A stretch of 64,000 nt of DNA from Oculina patagonica (Eukaryota): the NCBI RefSeq assembly GCF_052425735.1, contig NC_135758.1, positions 16,988,001-17,052,000 of the forward strand, in the 5' to 3' direction. Position numbers and translations under genes: made by a program. Shown here one piece after another: positions 1 to 12,001 of this stretch (the first letter of the stretch is position 1; the number at the start of each line of letters is the position of its first letter). A model generated the notes under the pieces. The model saw only the letters and a list, made by a program, of their open reading frames with translations, made no database searches and had not been told where the DNA came from.

Positions 1-263
1 CAACAAATGCCAGAAAAAGATCACCCATAATATGTCAAAGTTGGATTTCATTATATTAAAGAGCTTGAATTGTGGGTAAGACTGAAGTATTTTCTGTTTC
101 AATGTTCACTGAGTTTACGTTCGATGAAGAAGACTTTGGATTTTTGATTCGACTTTGGATTTTCTTTGATTTACTTAAAAAAAACTTTTTTTCCAACATT
201 TGAGTTGTTAAACTCAGGGTGCGGCTTATCTGTGGGTGCGGCTTATCCACGGGTGTTTACGGA
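1..263. mobile_element. Terminal part of a Tc1/mariner-type MITE
   Basis: Ends in GGGTGCGGCTTATCTGTGGGTGCGGCTTATCCACGGGTGTTTACGG, a repeated TGCGGCTTAT motif with a TACGG(TA)-type terminus. Confidence 0.5.
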
Positions 264-717
264 AATCGATTAATTGATAATACTCGATAGTACTCGATAT
301 TTGTCGATTGATTAGTCAATTTAATCGATAGAAATCGATAATCACAATTTTTTGTCACATCGATGGAAATCGAGAATCAAAAACGTGATCTGATCTTATC
401 GTAACTTGCGTAACACTTACCTTTAAGCTTACTTTCGAATCCGCTTTGTTAATAAAGATGATGTTACTTCTTTCTCCAATGGACTACTGTGTATTAGTTC
501 GAGTGAGCTGTGACTCATTCTAGCACAAAACTGAGAAATTTATGTAAGAGAATCTTCGTCCATCTTTTTGATCATTGTTGAACAAATCGATAAAATCGAT
601 AGCAAATTACAGACATCAATTGATAATCACAAGAACGTGAGCGATCGATTTCTATCGATTGATTAGTATCGATCAATTTCTATCGAGTATCGAAAATATC
701 GATTAGATACGTCCTGA
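264..717. mobile_element. ATCGAT-rich MITE remnant
   Basis: Clusters of ATCGAT/TCGAT subterminal repeats at both ends. The right end is ATCGATTAGATACGTCCTG and the left end is truncated. Confidence 0.5.
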
Positions 718-992
718 GTACATCCTATACTTAGCTGATTTCTGTTGTTGGATGATTCATTTATTTTCCATGGCAACTGTGAGTTTGCACACTTATTCTT
801 ATTTTTTTAAGTCTAATGTCAGTTGGATGATAGATGTCTTATAAAGACAGTTTAGTTTAAGTGTTTAGTATAGCTGAGCTGCCTTTGGTGTACATTTTAC
901 TCCTTGTTAATATTTAAATTCATTGATTCAAGGTAAACTTGTGTTGCCTTATATTTATCCTCCTTTATTTAATTCATTTTTTTATTTTATAG

Positions 993-3367
993 ATATTATA
1001 AAAGATATTAGGGTAAGTAAAATAATATGAATAAGATGTAAAATAATATGAATACTAGAGGTTTTATCCAAATTATCAACAAGAAAAATCATAAATGAAA
1101 CAACTGAGTAAGAATGTGTTGTTCCTGATAATATTCACCCCCCCCCCCCATCACAGTTGTCTTTTGGTTTGATCCCATCCCCCCAGAAATTCCAAGTTTC
1201 GCTTTTGATACCTCCTACCCGGGTATGAATATTTTCTAGAACCATACAATTGACATGCTTATTCATAACAAAACAAAATAAAATGGTTAAGACAAGACTT
1301 TGCAAAAAAATTCTTAAAATATGAGAAACATTTAAATAAAATGATAAAGCCAAACATTAAAGTTGATTAGATTTTATTGTTAGTGAAAACAGTAAATAGA
1401 GAGGCAAGGGAATTAATGATTCCACAATTATTTTGAATTAATTTCCAGAGTTTCTCTTAGGGATCAAATGTTCTTGTCAATGAGGCCTTCCAAGGGTTTT
1501 TGGCAACAGGCGACACTGTTCCAAAATAGCCAAAAATGTAGCAACAATCTTGTTCCAGAGCGCTGACAGCCAGCAGAAACTAGCACTGAAAGGCTGTATA
1601 TTTCTGACAACATTTCCCTCACCAAATAGAAGACAGATGGGTTGGAAACGAGTGACAAAGCGACATCAGAAACCCCCTTGGAAGGCCTCATCAATATGAT
1701 GGGGGTTCATTGTTTTAAGATACTATTTTGTTCAATTTTTCCTTGAAGGACCCAGAGTTACCACAAACATTGGAAGAGCTTAAAGTCATTGAAGAGGAGT
1801 TTATTAAAATTGATGGGATTGGAAATGATGAGTATAGTATAAAGGTAGAATTCAAACCTACAGTTCCTCACTGCTCTCTTGCGACACTCATAGGTGAGTT
1901 GTTTAACTTTATTCTTTCCATTTTTGTGGCCTTTTGTTTTCGAGGAAAAATTAGCATCGTGCAAAAACCTAAAGTTTGGCTGCAAAGGTCAGCTCAGCTA
2001 ACTTCCTTATGTAGATGTTGTGGTTAAAATAATCTTCGGTTTGAAATTTTTTCGGACCAGTTTGATTTTTATTTTCCATTGTCCAGGCTATACATTAGAA
2101 TTACAATCTAAAACAAAGGGAAATAAAAATCAAATTGGTTTCTAAAATTTTAAACCAAACCTAAATTCAAACCATAGCATAAACAAGACACGCAACAAAA
2201 AAGGTCCACAGTATGTGCATGTGACTACTATTACCATAGTAATGTAGCTGATGTGCCTGGTATACAGTCAAGAAGGATTTGATTTTGGTCACTTTTAGAA
2301 ATATCAGGCAAACCAGGGACTAAGATATTAAAAAGGATTTTTTGTTTTTCATTACCATCGGCGGGTCATGTATAGTAAATTTAATACTCATATCATCATT
2401 TTATATTGGTATCTTATATATTTGACAAAATTTTCATTTCATATTGCCTTGTAGTCAGAGAAAACAGTCACAAATAATTGTGACTGTTTTATCTGACTAC
2501 AAAAAGTTTCCTTCAATTCCTTCCTTAAATTATTTAAGTGTCTGTTATATTCTCAGGACTGTGTTTACGGGTCAAATTGGAGCGCTCTTTACCTTACAAG
2601 TTTAAGGTATGTTTTGTCATGATTTGATAATCATTTTGATCAGAAACATGCAACCAGGGAATCTGTTTGGAAAAATGAAAACCATTCTGAATGTGAGCCT
2701 GGTGTGTAACCATCAATGTGGTTGCCAGCAGTAGAACATTGTGAAAAAATGATGCGTATATCTAACAGAATCTGGTTGGACAATAAAAAATTATTGTTCT
2801 GTGAGTCTTATTTTTAAAGCAGTTTCTTGGTCTTTGGCTGTGACTTTTAAACCATACTTTTTTGTCTCCAGCTTGACATCTTCCTTTCCAAGGGAACACA
2901 TTCTACAGAGAATGAAAGTAAGTTGTAGGCCCTTTTATGGTTGTAAGAACAAGTAAATGTAAAACTTTTGTATGGTTTGTAAATTGCACACTTGAAAGGG
3001 TTATAGACAGAGGCATCTTTGTGAATGATGTGTTGTGCTGTTGTGATTGTATACAGGTTATTTTCGTCACAATAAATGGGACAATTTCTCCCTCCCTCCC
3101 TTCCTTCCTTCAAGGTTGAGAGAAAAGACTTGCAGCAATTAAAAGAAAGAGTTTTCTTCTCAACATTGGAAGGGAGAGGTATCCCAACTACAAAATGGGC
3201 AAACACCATTCCCAAAATTGCAATATCACTGTAGTAATGTTCTGTTGTACAATTTTTATTTTGTTTCAGTCAACAAGCAGATTAATGACAAGGAGCGAAT
3301 AGCAGCTGCAATGGAGAATCCAAATCTAAAGAAGATTGTGGAAGACTGCATTTCAGATGAAAGTTAA
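993..3367 (+). CDS. CIAO2A: Cytosolic iron-sulfur assembly component 2A (FAM96A/CIA2A), 5'-partial, 5 exons seen
   Basis: GT-AG exons 993-1012, 1749-1893, 2557-2606, 2872-2917 and 3270-3367 splice in frame to (D)[19 protein letters not shown]...[78 protein letters not shown]. This matches the CIA2 family. [20 protein letters not shown] and [15 protein letters not shown] are A-type rather than CIAO2B. The start exon was not found and is probably upstream of the window. Confidence 0.93.
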
Positions 3368-5791
3368 CATTCAGTCAGACAGCAAGCTTATGATACAAAC
3401 ATTTAAAAACTGCCATTACTTTAAATCAGAAGCTTATGTTAAAATACAGTACACTGAAAGCTTTACAAACAAGCCCTGGTTCCCTTTGGTCAATATTGCT
3501 CTCTCACATAGCAAAGACTGAGTGAAAGGGATGGATAATCCAGTGAACCATTTGTACAGAAGATTTCTGCTCACAGGAAACAGCTCAAATGGAAGGAGGA
3601 TTGTCCAACAAACTGATAATCAATGATTTTCTGTCCATGTTAATAATTTAAACTGCTTCAGTCAAATTTAGTGTACAAAGACACCCAAAGGTTGTTTCTT
3701 ATGGGTAAAAACTGCTCAAGGTGCTCAAGAGGCCACTGACCTCCTCAATCTAGTTTTAATGGCATGAATGCACGGTTTCTTAAGGTTTTTAGTTCAACTT
3801 TCGGTTTTTAGTTCAGAAAAAAAATATTGTGAGCTTAAGTGCGACTTTCTCCAAAAATCAACTAATATCGCCTTTCTCCGGCACAAATTGTAAAAATCGA
3901 TTTCGCTCATATTTTGCCCATAGATAGGTCCTAGTGAGAAACCAAACGGTCTGCAGTTAGTTTCTCTTAATACAGCTTCCTTTCGTAGAAATATGCAAAA
4001 AAAGATTTTGCCCCAATTGGGCTCAAAATCCACTTCCGGTTTGACTGATTTTATTGAAAGTTTGATCGCCTCGCGCGTTATACTGCAGTTGTTTATCGAT
4101 ATTTCAATAATATTTATAAGGTAATTAGGTCTTTATTGTATGACTGAGCGAAAAATAAAAGCCTGAAACGGGGATAAATCCAAAGGCAAAATTGGCAAAT
4201 GAGTAGTTAGCGAAATTATGCAGTAAAACTCTGCCATATTTTTCTATGTGCGATAACTTAAAATATCGTAAAAACAATTTTTATGGGTTAACTAGACACT
4301 TATCAAATAGGATATCCAAAAAAATCTCTGGGGAAAAGGTTTTTAGTGGCCCGCTTTGGCCTTTGTTTATCACTAATTTTGCCGTAAATCAGCTAAAATG
4401 TAAACAATTGCGTTACACGGCTTGTCACAATACCCGTAAATAGTTTCACAATTTCTGTATTTTAAATAATCTAATCATTTAAAATACACGAAAAGGAGTA
4501 TACGTCACATGCCGATTGTAAATGGGTACTAAAAGGAAAACCTTTACTTGCTATATTACCCTATAATGAATATATGTTTAACCTATCATTGAGGTGTTGC
4601 TTTACCTGCGAGCTGGCTGTGCTGTTTACTACTCTTTAGCTGAAATTAAAAACAAGGCAAATGTACCATGTTTTGTCTGCTCTTAAAAACTTGAAAGTGT
4701 ATCTACTTTAACAAGACAATTCAGAAGAATTCAAACGGGCTCAGTTATAAGATCTTTATTTTTCATGCACCCATCATGACGCAGAGTGTCACTGGGCGCT
4801 CTGCTACACGGGAAATAATTGTCGTTTCTTTTATAATTCATAAGATAATCCTCAAAACAACGAATAGGCATACTAGGTTCACATTGAAAAATGCCCCTAC
4901 TTTCAGAACGTTCGTTTATCCATGATCATTGTAAGGTATTAGTTTTTAGATCTAGTGTTATTTTTGTTCTAGTACAGTTCGCTGAAAGTTAGTATTTTCA
5001 AACATATTTACGTTAAATCGGTAGACATGTAATTCGGTCTACTGGTGAATCCAGCGGAGACGACCAGTTCTTCATATTTTGTTACAAAACTGACTATTTG
5101 TTCTAAAATCAGTGCCAACTAGACTCCGCCTCCCACTCCATTTTAAAGAAACGGAAGGCGAATGCCCACCTCCCCTCCTGCTGTCAGGCCACTGATGGCG
5201 GTTTCAGTTGCATGCTTGCAGGGTAGAATTTTTAAATTTTTCAACAACGTACATGTATGTAAATTATGCGATCACTGCTCTTACTTAAATAAACATAATC
5301 GTCTCCACCAAATGCTGGTATAACGAATTTGTCAATGCTCAAATATTGGATGGAGGGGAGACGACTTATTTGCAAGTTTTCACTCATAATTATCCATTGA
5401 AGGCTTTTTGCGGGTTATCGTTTCCCATCCCTCTTATAGGAAAGGAAATTCAAAAGCCTGCCTTCTTCGCCGCTCCTTTGCCCTGCTCCTTTTGTTCCCC
5501 TTCTGCTGCCTATAGGTAATGGTTCCAGTTGCATGGGGGTGATTTTTCAAATGTGAAACGTCACTAAAATGCTCTAAGCCTGTTTTTAAGGGCTAAGCTT
5601 GAAATTCTGCACTAAAAATAGCTGGAGCTGGCTGGGGTTAAGGTAACAACTGTCAAAGATAAGAAAACTGAAAGGAGTAAGGAGAGGAGGGAGCTTATCG
5701 CTGAGCCCATAACGAGGGCTGACAATAACATTTTACATCAAGTGTCACTGGAGCATTTCTCAGAAATTTTTTAAAGGATCGCTGTGCTGTG

Positions 5792-6263
5792 CCCAAGGGA
5801 TATACTCGGGATTTCAAGTGACAGAAATGATGGAAGGGTTTTTTTGGGGGTTTGAAATTTATAATTCTGGGAATTGTTTGTCTAGGAAATTTTTTAAAAG
5901 TAGGGATTTTGGGGGGTATAAAAAACAATCTAAACATTCGTGGTGGTGCATTGGTTGTGTAGTTTTGCGAATAAAGTATAAACAAATGTTTTTTACTGAT
6001 GATTAATCTTGAACGATGATGTTCCAGTCCTTTGCTTTGCATATAAACTCGAGCGTTCCCCTGAGTTTCCATTTTTTTCTTTGTATTACCATCATTGCCC
6101 CTCTTTGGACAGAAATTCGGTATGGGATATTTTCAGGGTAAATTTTTTTGTCCAGGTAATTTTTTAGAGTGTTTTTGAAAGCCCTCGGGTTTTTTTTGGC
6201 GGGTTCCATTATCCACGTTACTTGAAATCCCAAGTACCCTTCCCCACCTCCCACCCCCTCGAG
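5792..6263. mobile_element. MITE nested in the TTAA element, 8-bp TSD
   Basis: TACTCGGGATTTCAAGTGAC ... GTTACTTGAAATCCCAAGTA inverted ends, with GTGCTGTG on both sides (5784-5791, 6264-6271). A partial copy lies at about 9045-9175. Confidence 0.7.
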
Positions 6264-6879
6264 GTGCTGTGCATGTCTGTTATGTTTCCATTGTCCAAAA
6301 TAAAGCAGCTTTACACTAGAAAAGGCCTATTATTTACATATTTTCTTATCCTGAATTTCAATTCTTTCATTTGACTCACAACTACTTCCTCCTCGTTATT
6401 TAGACGACAAGTGGAGGCAGGTTCTCTGCTGCTATTTTTTACAGCTTCTCTTCTTCGGAAATTGAATACAAAAATTTCCCTGCGTGATCTGCACGGGCTG
6501 CACATACCTTATGGAAACAGAAGGAAAACTGTCAGACGTATTTGTATGTCGAAATTTCTGCATTCAGACAAGAAGCGAGTGAGATGTCGATATCTATACC
6601 TTATCCAAGGGGAATCAAATGTCCCGTTCTTTTCATGATTAACTTGAAGAAGATTTTGTTTACCCCTTAGGCTTCGAACCGATCCTCCGTAGGCTGATTT
6701 CTGTCGCTGCGATCAAAGGAGTACTGACTTTAAAAGAACAACATGCATTCATCTTGTTTAATCCACAAAAAGCGAAGAGTCGTTTTTACCGATCGATGTT
6801 TAATTATACAATTTGCAGGTCGCAAAGACACTGGATTCAGGACTGATGCAAATATTGCGTTAAAATCTGGCGCTAATCT

Positions 6880-7556
6880 TAGGGCCTGTTTACAAGCAGG
6901 AAGGGTAACCCTAGTGCTAGGGTTACCCTAGCAGGAGGGTCACCCTAGCGCTCCCACATTTCTTCTTTTTTTCATCGACGTGTTTACAAGGCAGCTTAGG
7001 TAACCCTAGCTGAGCGCTAGGGTTACCCTAGCGCCTTGTAAACGCTCTGCTGGGGATAACTTGCCTACCCGGGACAACTTTATTTTGGCTCCAAGAAGCT
7101 AAATATGTTTAAAAATACCGACAAAAACAGCGAATTGTGACCAAGAAACATCGTGTTCATTCACAATTTGTCGTATTTTTGCACTGGAACGGAATTATTT
7201 TTGAATAACAGCTTCTTACGACAAAGTTTGTGGTAAAATGTTTGGCGCTGCATATGTGAGGTCATTCCATAACATAAGTATTTATAGTTTCTCCGTCAAA
7301 CGCGTTCTAACTATAAAAAAAAGCCTGGGACGTTATTGAGCTTGGAAATTGAATATGATTTTACTGGAACTGATAAACTGCGTAACTAAAACGAAAATTG
7401 GTTTTTGCGCTAAGATTATTACCCGTTACATGCTATATTTACAAGGTTAACTGAAGCGTAACCGGTGCAAGTTGCCCCGGGTAGTAGGGTTACCCTACCT
7501 GCGAATTTTTGCTTGTAAGCCTGGGCTATCTTCTAACCCTCTTGCTAGGGTAACGG
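6880..7556. mobile_element. PIF/Harbinger-like MITE remnant with GGTAACCCTAG palindromic repeats
   Basis: Starts AGGGCCTGTTTACA and carries multiple GTAACCCTAG/CTAGGGTTAC units at both ends. The right terminus is eroded. Confidence 0.5.
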
Positions 7557-9190
7557 CACAAAATACATAGAACTTTGTACATAACTTAGAAAGGCAATGC
7601 TATGTTTTATCTGTCTTATACCATAAAATTGTTTAAAATTCTCCGTATTACCTTCAATGTTGATATCTATTGGCCGTATACAATTCTCCCCAATAATTTC
7701 TTATGCTTTATAGTTTTCTCCTTAAAAGGACATGAATTGCAAAAAAATATCGGCAATTTGTGACAAAAAGGAAACAGCAACACATCAACAAACAACAACG
7801 ACAACATCATCGCACTCGACAAATACATAATTACATAATTTAATTGTTGCGCTGTTTCCTTCAGATCACGGAAATAAATAAACCAAACAATATTGACTCG
7901 TTATTACGTAAAATAATTGAACTGAGAATGCTTTCCTTTATACGACCGGTTTTGGTGGATGATCGAATGATCAACAGCTTAAAACAACTCTTAACACAGA
8001 ACTAAACAATCAAGCATGTTGGGATCAAGAGCGTGTAGAGATCACGCAAGGTTCCAGAAATGACGAAGGGAAAAAAATCTAATTTTGCCTTTACCTTTTT
8101 AAATAGTTCACCACATGACTTGTTTCTTTGCATAGGTTGTTTGACGGAATTCTCACAAGAGCGTCAAACATGCATTGAGAACGATAATTATATTTCATAC
8201 GCTGTTTACTACCTGTGTCACGCAATTGCTGTCACGCAAAAATGACAGATTATCGGCAAAATTAGTGATAAATACAGGCCAAAGCGGGCCACTAAAAACT
8301 TTTTCCCCGGAGATTTTTTTGGACATCCTATTAGATAAGAGTCTAGTTAACCCATAAAAATTGTTTTTACGATATTTTATGTTATCGCACATAGAAAAAA
8401 ATGGCAGAGTTTTACTGCATAATTTCGCTGGCTACTCATTTGCAAATTTTGCCTTTGGATTTATCCCCGTTTCAGGCTAAAAATTAATCTTGATTTGTTT
8501 TATTTTTCGCTCAGTCATACAATAAAGACCTAATTACATTATAAATAGTATTGAAATATCAATAAACAGCTGCTGTATAACGCGCGAGGCGATCGAACTT
8601 TCAAAAAAATCAGTCAAACTGGAAGTGGATTTTGAGCCCATTTGGGGCGAAATCTTTTTTTACATATTTCTACGAAAGGAAGCTGTATTAGGAAAAACTA
8701 ACTACGGTCCGTTTGCTTTCTCACCAGGACCTATCTATGGGAAAAGTATGAGCGGAATTGCTTATTCCATTTGTTTCGATGTCTGGTTGATAATTCTAGA
8801 AAGTCGCACTTAATTTAAATAAAGGATTCTGTGGAATTGCAATGCAATTTTGACCATACAACTATCAGAGTGATTAAGCAAGAAGTTCTGGGCCGAGCTG
8901 TCAGTCAGTTATCAAAGCATTAACAGCTGGAAGTGACGGGTAAGGTGAGATTTTTTCGGGCACTGTAAAAAATCTAAAGATTCGTGCTAGTCCCTTGGCT
9001 GCGTTTTTGTATTTGTGTTATAGCATTCTCCCTTTCTAGGAATTTAAGGGTCAGAAATTCGGCATGGGATTTTTTGGTGGTTAATGTTTGGTCCAGGGAT
9101 TTTTTGGGGGTCTCGATGTTGCCCCCATTCGATCATTCCGTCACTTGAAATCCTGAGTACCCCCCCCCCCCCCACTGATGACAAACATAC

Positions 9191-9323
9191 TAGACTGTTC
9201 ACAGCCCTCTATTTTTTCGTATTTTTCTTCGACCATTGACCGCGGAGAAAGGATGGCGACTTGCGCTCGCTCTTTCTCTTGCGTTCTTTTGCGTTGAAAA
9301 GTAGCGAGGCTGTGAACAGTTTA
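9191..9323. mobile_element. Mini-MITE with TAG termini and 9-bp TSD
   Basis: TAGACTGTTCACAGCC...GGCTGTGAACAGTTTA flanked by CAAACATAC on both sides. Confidence 0.8.
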
Positions 9324-10446
9324 CAAACATACCATGTATTTTCTATGAGAGTTACTGATAAACTGTGTCCTTTTTGATAAGGATATTCGATTAAAGCGTT
9401 AGCACGTTATATCATGTTTTTGTAACTGGTTTATTTTGATTTAATGAGATTTGTATCATGTTAAGTTTGCAAGACGCCTGACTCCACACCATGCAGAAGT
9501 ATAAATGTGCTTTTCGCACCAAAAAGTTGTGGAATGCCGGTACAAGGAACCATTCTATTCCATTTATAGCAGAACAAGAAATAAACCCTGTTAGTTGTAG
9601 ACAAATAGTAATATCATACAAGTGTGCAGCACCGATTAGCTTGAACGTTCCCGTTGTTCTCTTATTTCAAGGAATATTGATTTGTGGACAGCGAAACAGG
9701 ATAAACCACTTGCATTCTAAGTTCAGTAAATAAGTATACAACTGCATTAATATAAAATAATATAAAATAAAGTGCTTAAAGTTTTGATAAATAACGACTT
9801 TATAGAAAGAAAATAAATGAATTTGCAATCATTAACCGTTTGTATCTTAACTTGATAATTCTTATGCACCTATCAAGTTGTTATTCTCTTTACCAGCCCT
9901 CCACCCCTTTATCTTGTTCAAATCCCAGTGTACTCTCTCCACGATCTTTAGAAAAAAATAGAGGAAATGTATCAATCTAGCACTTAGCTTGGGGCTAGTG
10001 ACATCAGGAATAAACGAAATCGAAGACCAGAGGGTCTCAGGGAAATCAGGGAGAAGTCCCCCCTCCCTCCCCGAAAAAAGTCTGTCAACTACACGTGGTC
10101 GTTTTCCTTCTGATTAAAACCGGTTGAAGCTAGTTAAAAATCAGGATGGAAGCTATAAACGAGAAGCAAAGGAAAGAAAACTCTCTTATTGGCTGAATGA
10201 TAAATACTGCTAAAATCCTGCTGCTTAGAAGGCTCTGATACCAATACTGGGCAATCAGTAATTCAAATTCCGATGAGATTGAGTGGTTGCCATGGATAAG
10301 ACAAGTGTCAATCGTACTTGTATGGCGGGAGGAAGTACGCTTAGTTCACCGAAAAACTTGCAGTCTTCATAAATCTGTGGATGACAAGTTAACTGGAGAG
10401 TTGTGTTACATGGTTTTCTCAATTACCCCCTTACATGTACAAGTCC

Positions 10447-10585
10447 AGTGGCGGATCTAGGGGGCCCAACCATATTTTTAGGCCAAACTAAGGCCCGAAC
10501 AGCCGAGAAAAAATATTACCCCGCCCCCCTTATTTTAGGGTCTGGATTATCGGGCCCCCCACTTACCTGAAGGTCTGGCCACTGA
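10447..10585. mobile_element. hAT-like MITE remnant
   Basis: CAGTGGCGGATC ... GGCCACTG ends. No TSD preserved. Confidence 0.45.
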
Positions 10586-10768
10586 CGTCACTCACGGAGA
10601 GCTAAAAGTGTCAAATTCAAAACCATTTTCCTATAATGTGCATTTCACCTGTTTCCATTGCTGTTTCCAACGTACGTATTTTCTTGTCAACTGGAGGCCG
10701 GAAATGCAACAGTTTGATGTCGTTATCTAATTGTTCACTGATTAGAAAATTCCTTTTATCATAGTTGC

Positions 10769-10849
10769 TAGCCTGTGTACAGCCGTCCCCGCCCCTAAAA
10801 ATAAACGTGAAAGGATTTTTTGAGGAGGGGGCCGGCTGTACACAGGCTA
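10769..10849. mobile_element. Mini-MITE with TAGCCTG termini
   Basis: 17-bp perfect TIR TAGCCTGTGTACAGCCG / CGGCTGTACACAGGCTA. No TSD recognisable. Confidence 0.65.
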
Positions 10850-11547
10850 TTATCTTAAATAACAAAAAAGGCTTTACACTTGCAGTGAAGTCGCTGTTTT
10901 GTTGCCGTTAACCGTATCAAACTAAACAAAATGGCTTACCCTTTGTGAATTTTATCGATTCTCGAGGAAAAACAAACAGTCTATAGCTATATGTTGTACA
11001 CCTGCTAAATGAAGGCACACCAAACAGCAACTACTGTAAAGTTGTGTTTGTTGTGCGGTCTTTAGCAGCTTTAAAATGCCAACTAAACCAACGTCACGAT
11101 CATGTTTTCGTCATAACTGATAAGTCACGCGCGCTTCACGCGCGCGCACAGATATCACTCGTATCCTGTCGCCTGAAAATAAAGAATTTCTTTGACGATA
11201 GACAACGTTCAGTTATCTTTTACAATAATTGTGAGAAGAAAAAATAAAAAAGTGGTAAGTGATCAGTAGAAATAAGTTGCCACACGCGTGTTTCTATTTG
11301 TTTGTTTTTATGTCTGCTTTTTTGTTTTATCCATATTTTTAGTTGGTCGACAACTGCTTGCCTCAATTTACATTACTCTTGATATGAAGGAAGATGATGC
11401 TTGGCGGTCAGGAAGAAGAATTAAAAGGATTCAAGTCTATTCTGGCCAAAGGTAAGACCCAGTTTGGAATATATTTATTTATTCTTTGCCGCAGAAAGCT
11501 AATGACTGAGAAATTCTCTGAAGCGACTAACACGTGCGCTTTCTGTG

Positions 11548-11931
11548 CCCGGTGCGGGGGGGGGGGGGAGGGTGCACTATTTATATTTTTGGGTGGGGGT
11601 GTGCAACTGGGACTTTGTAACCCTTACCCTATACCAGTCCATGTTCAGCTGAATTTTGTAACCCTATACTAGACTAGACACCAAACATCCCTACCTTATC
11701 CCAAACTTGCATTTTATTAACGTTTAGGAGAGCTTCTTTCTTTTTCGAGTTTCTATCCGTATTCTGCACTTAATTGGTCATATAACTGATTTTTTTTCCC
11801 GGCAAATGATACCCTATTCTATACCAAAACTCTCTGATTTCTATACCCTATCCCAGGCTGAACTGCTTGAAAACCATACCCTTCACCGCGGCACATACCT
11901 ATATAGCTCATATATGGCAGTGCCCCCCGGG
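11548..11931. mobile_element. MITE with CCCGG termini and 8-bp TSD
   Basis: CCCGG...CCGGG flanked by TTTCTGTG (11540-11547, 11932-11939), with internal ATACCCTAT repeats. Confidence 0.75.
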
Positions 11932-12001
11932 TTTCTGTGCTTTTAGCTTTCAACAGTTAAGCAATTTCTTTTGTTTTGTTGAGTTATTTTTTCCAAATAG
12001 C

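Larger units (their letters stand above)
3839..8809. mobile_element. 5-kb non-autonomous or decayed DNA transposon with about 550-bp inverted arms and TTAA TSD (Kolobok/piggyBac-like)
   Basis: TTAA(3835-3838)|GTGCGACTTTCT ... AGAAAGTCGCAC|TTAA(8810-8813). About 3839-4390 is the imperfect reverse complement of about 8250-8809, which also shows up as mirrored ORFs (MDFEP..., MCDN...). Confidence 0.85.

Noticed and set aside
10286-10299. RFX X-box-like GTTGCCATGGATAA
   Set aside because: A single imperfect motif with no established nearby TSS, so it may be chance.
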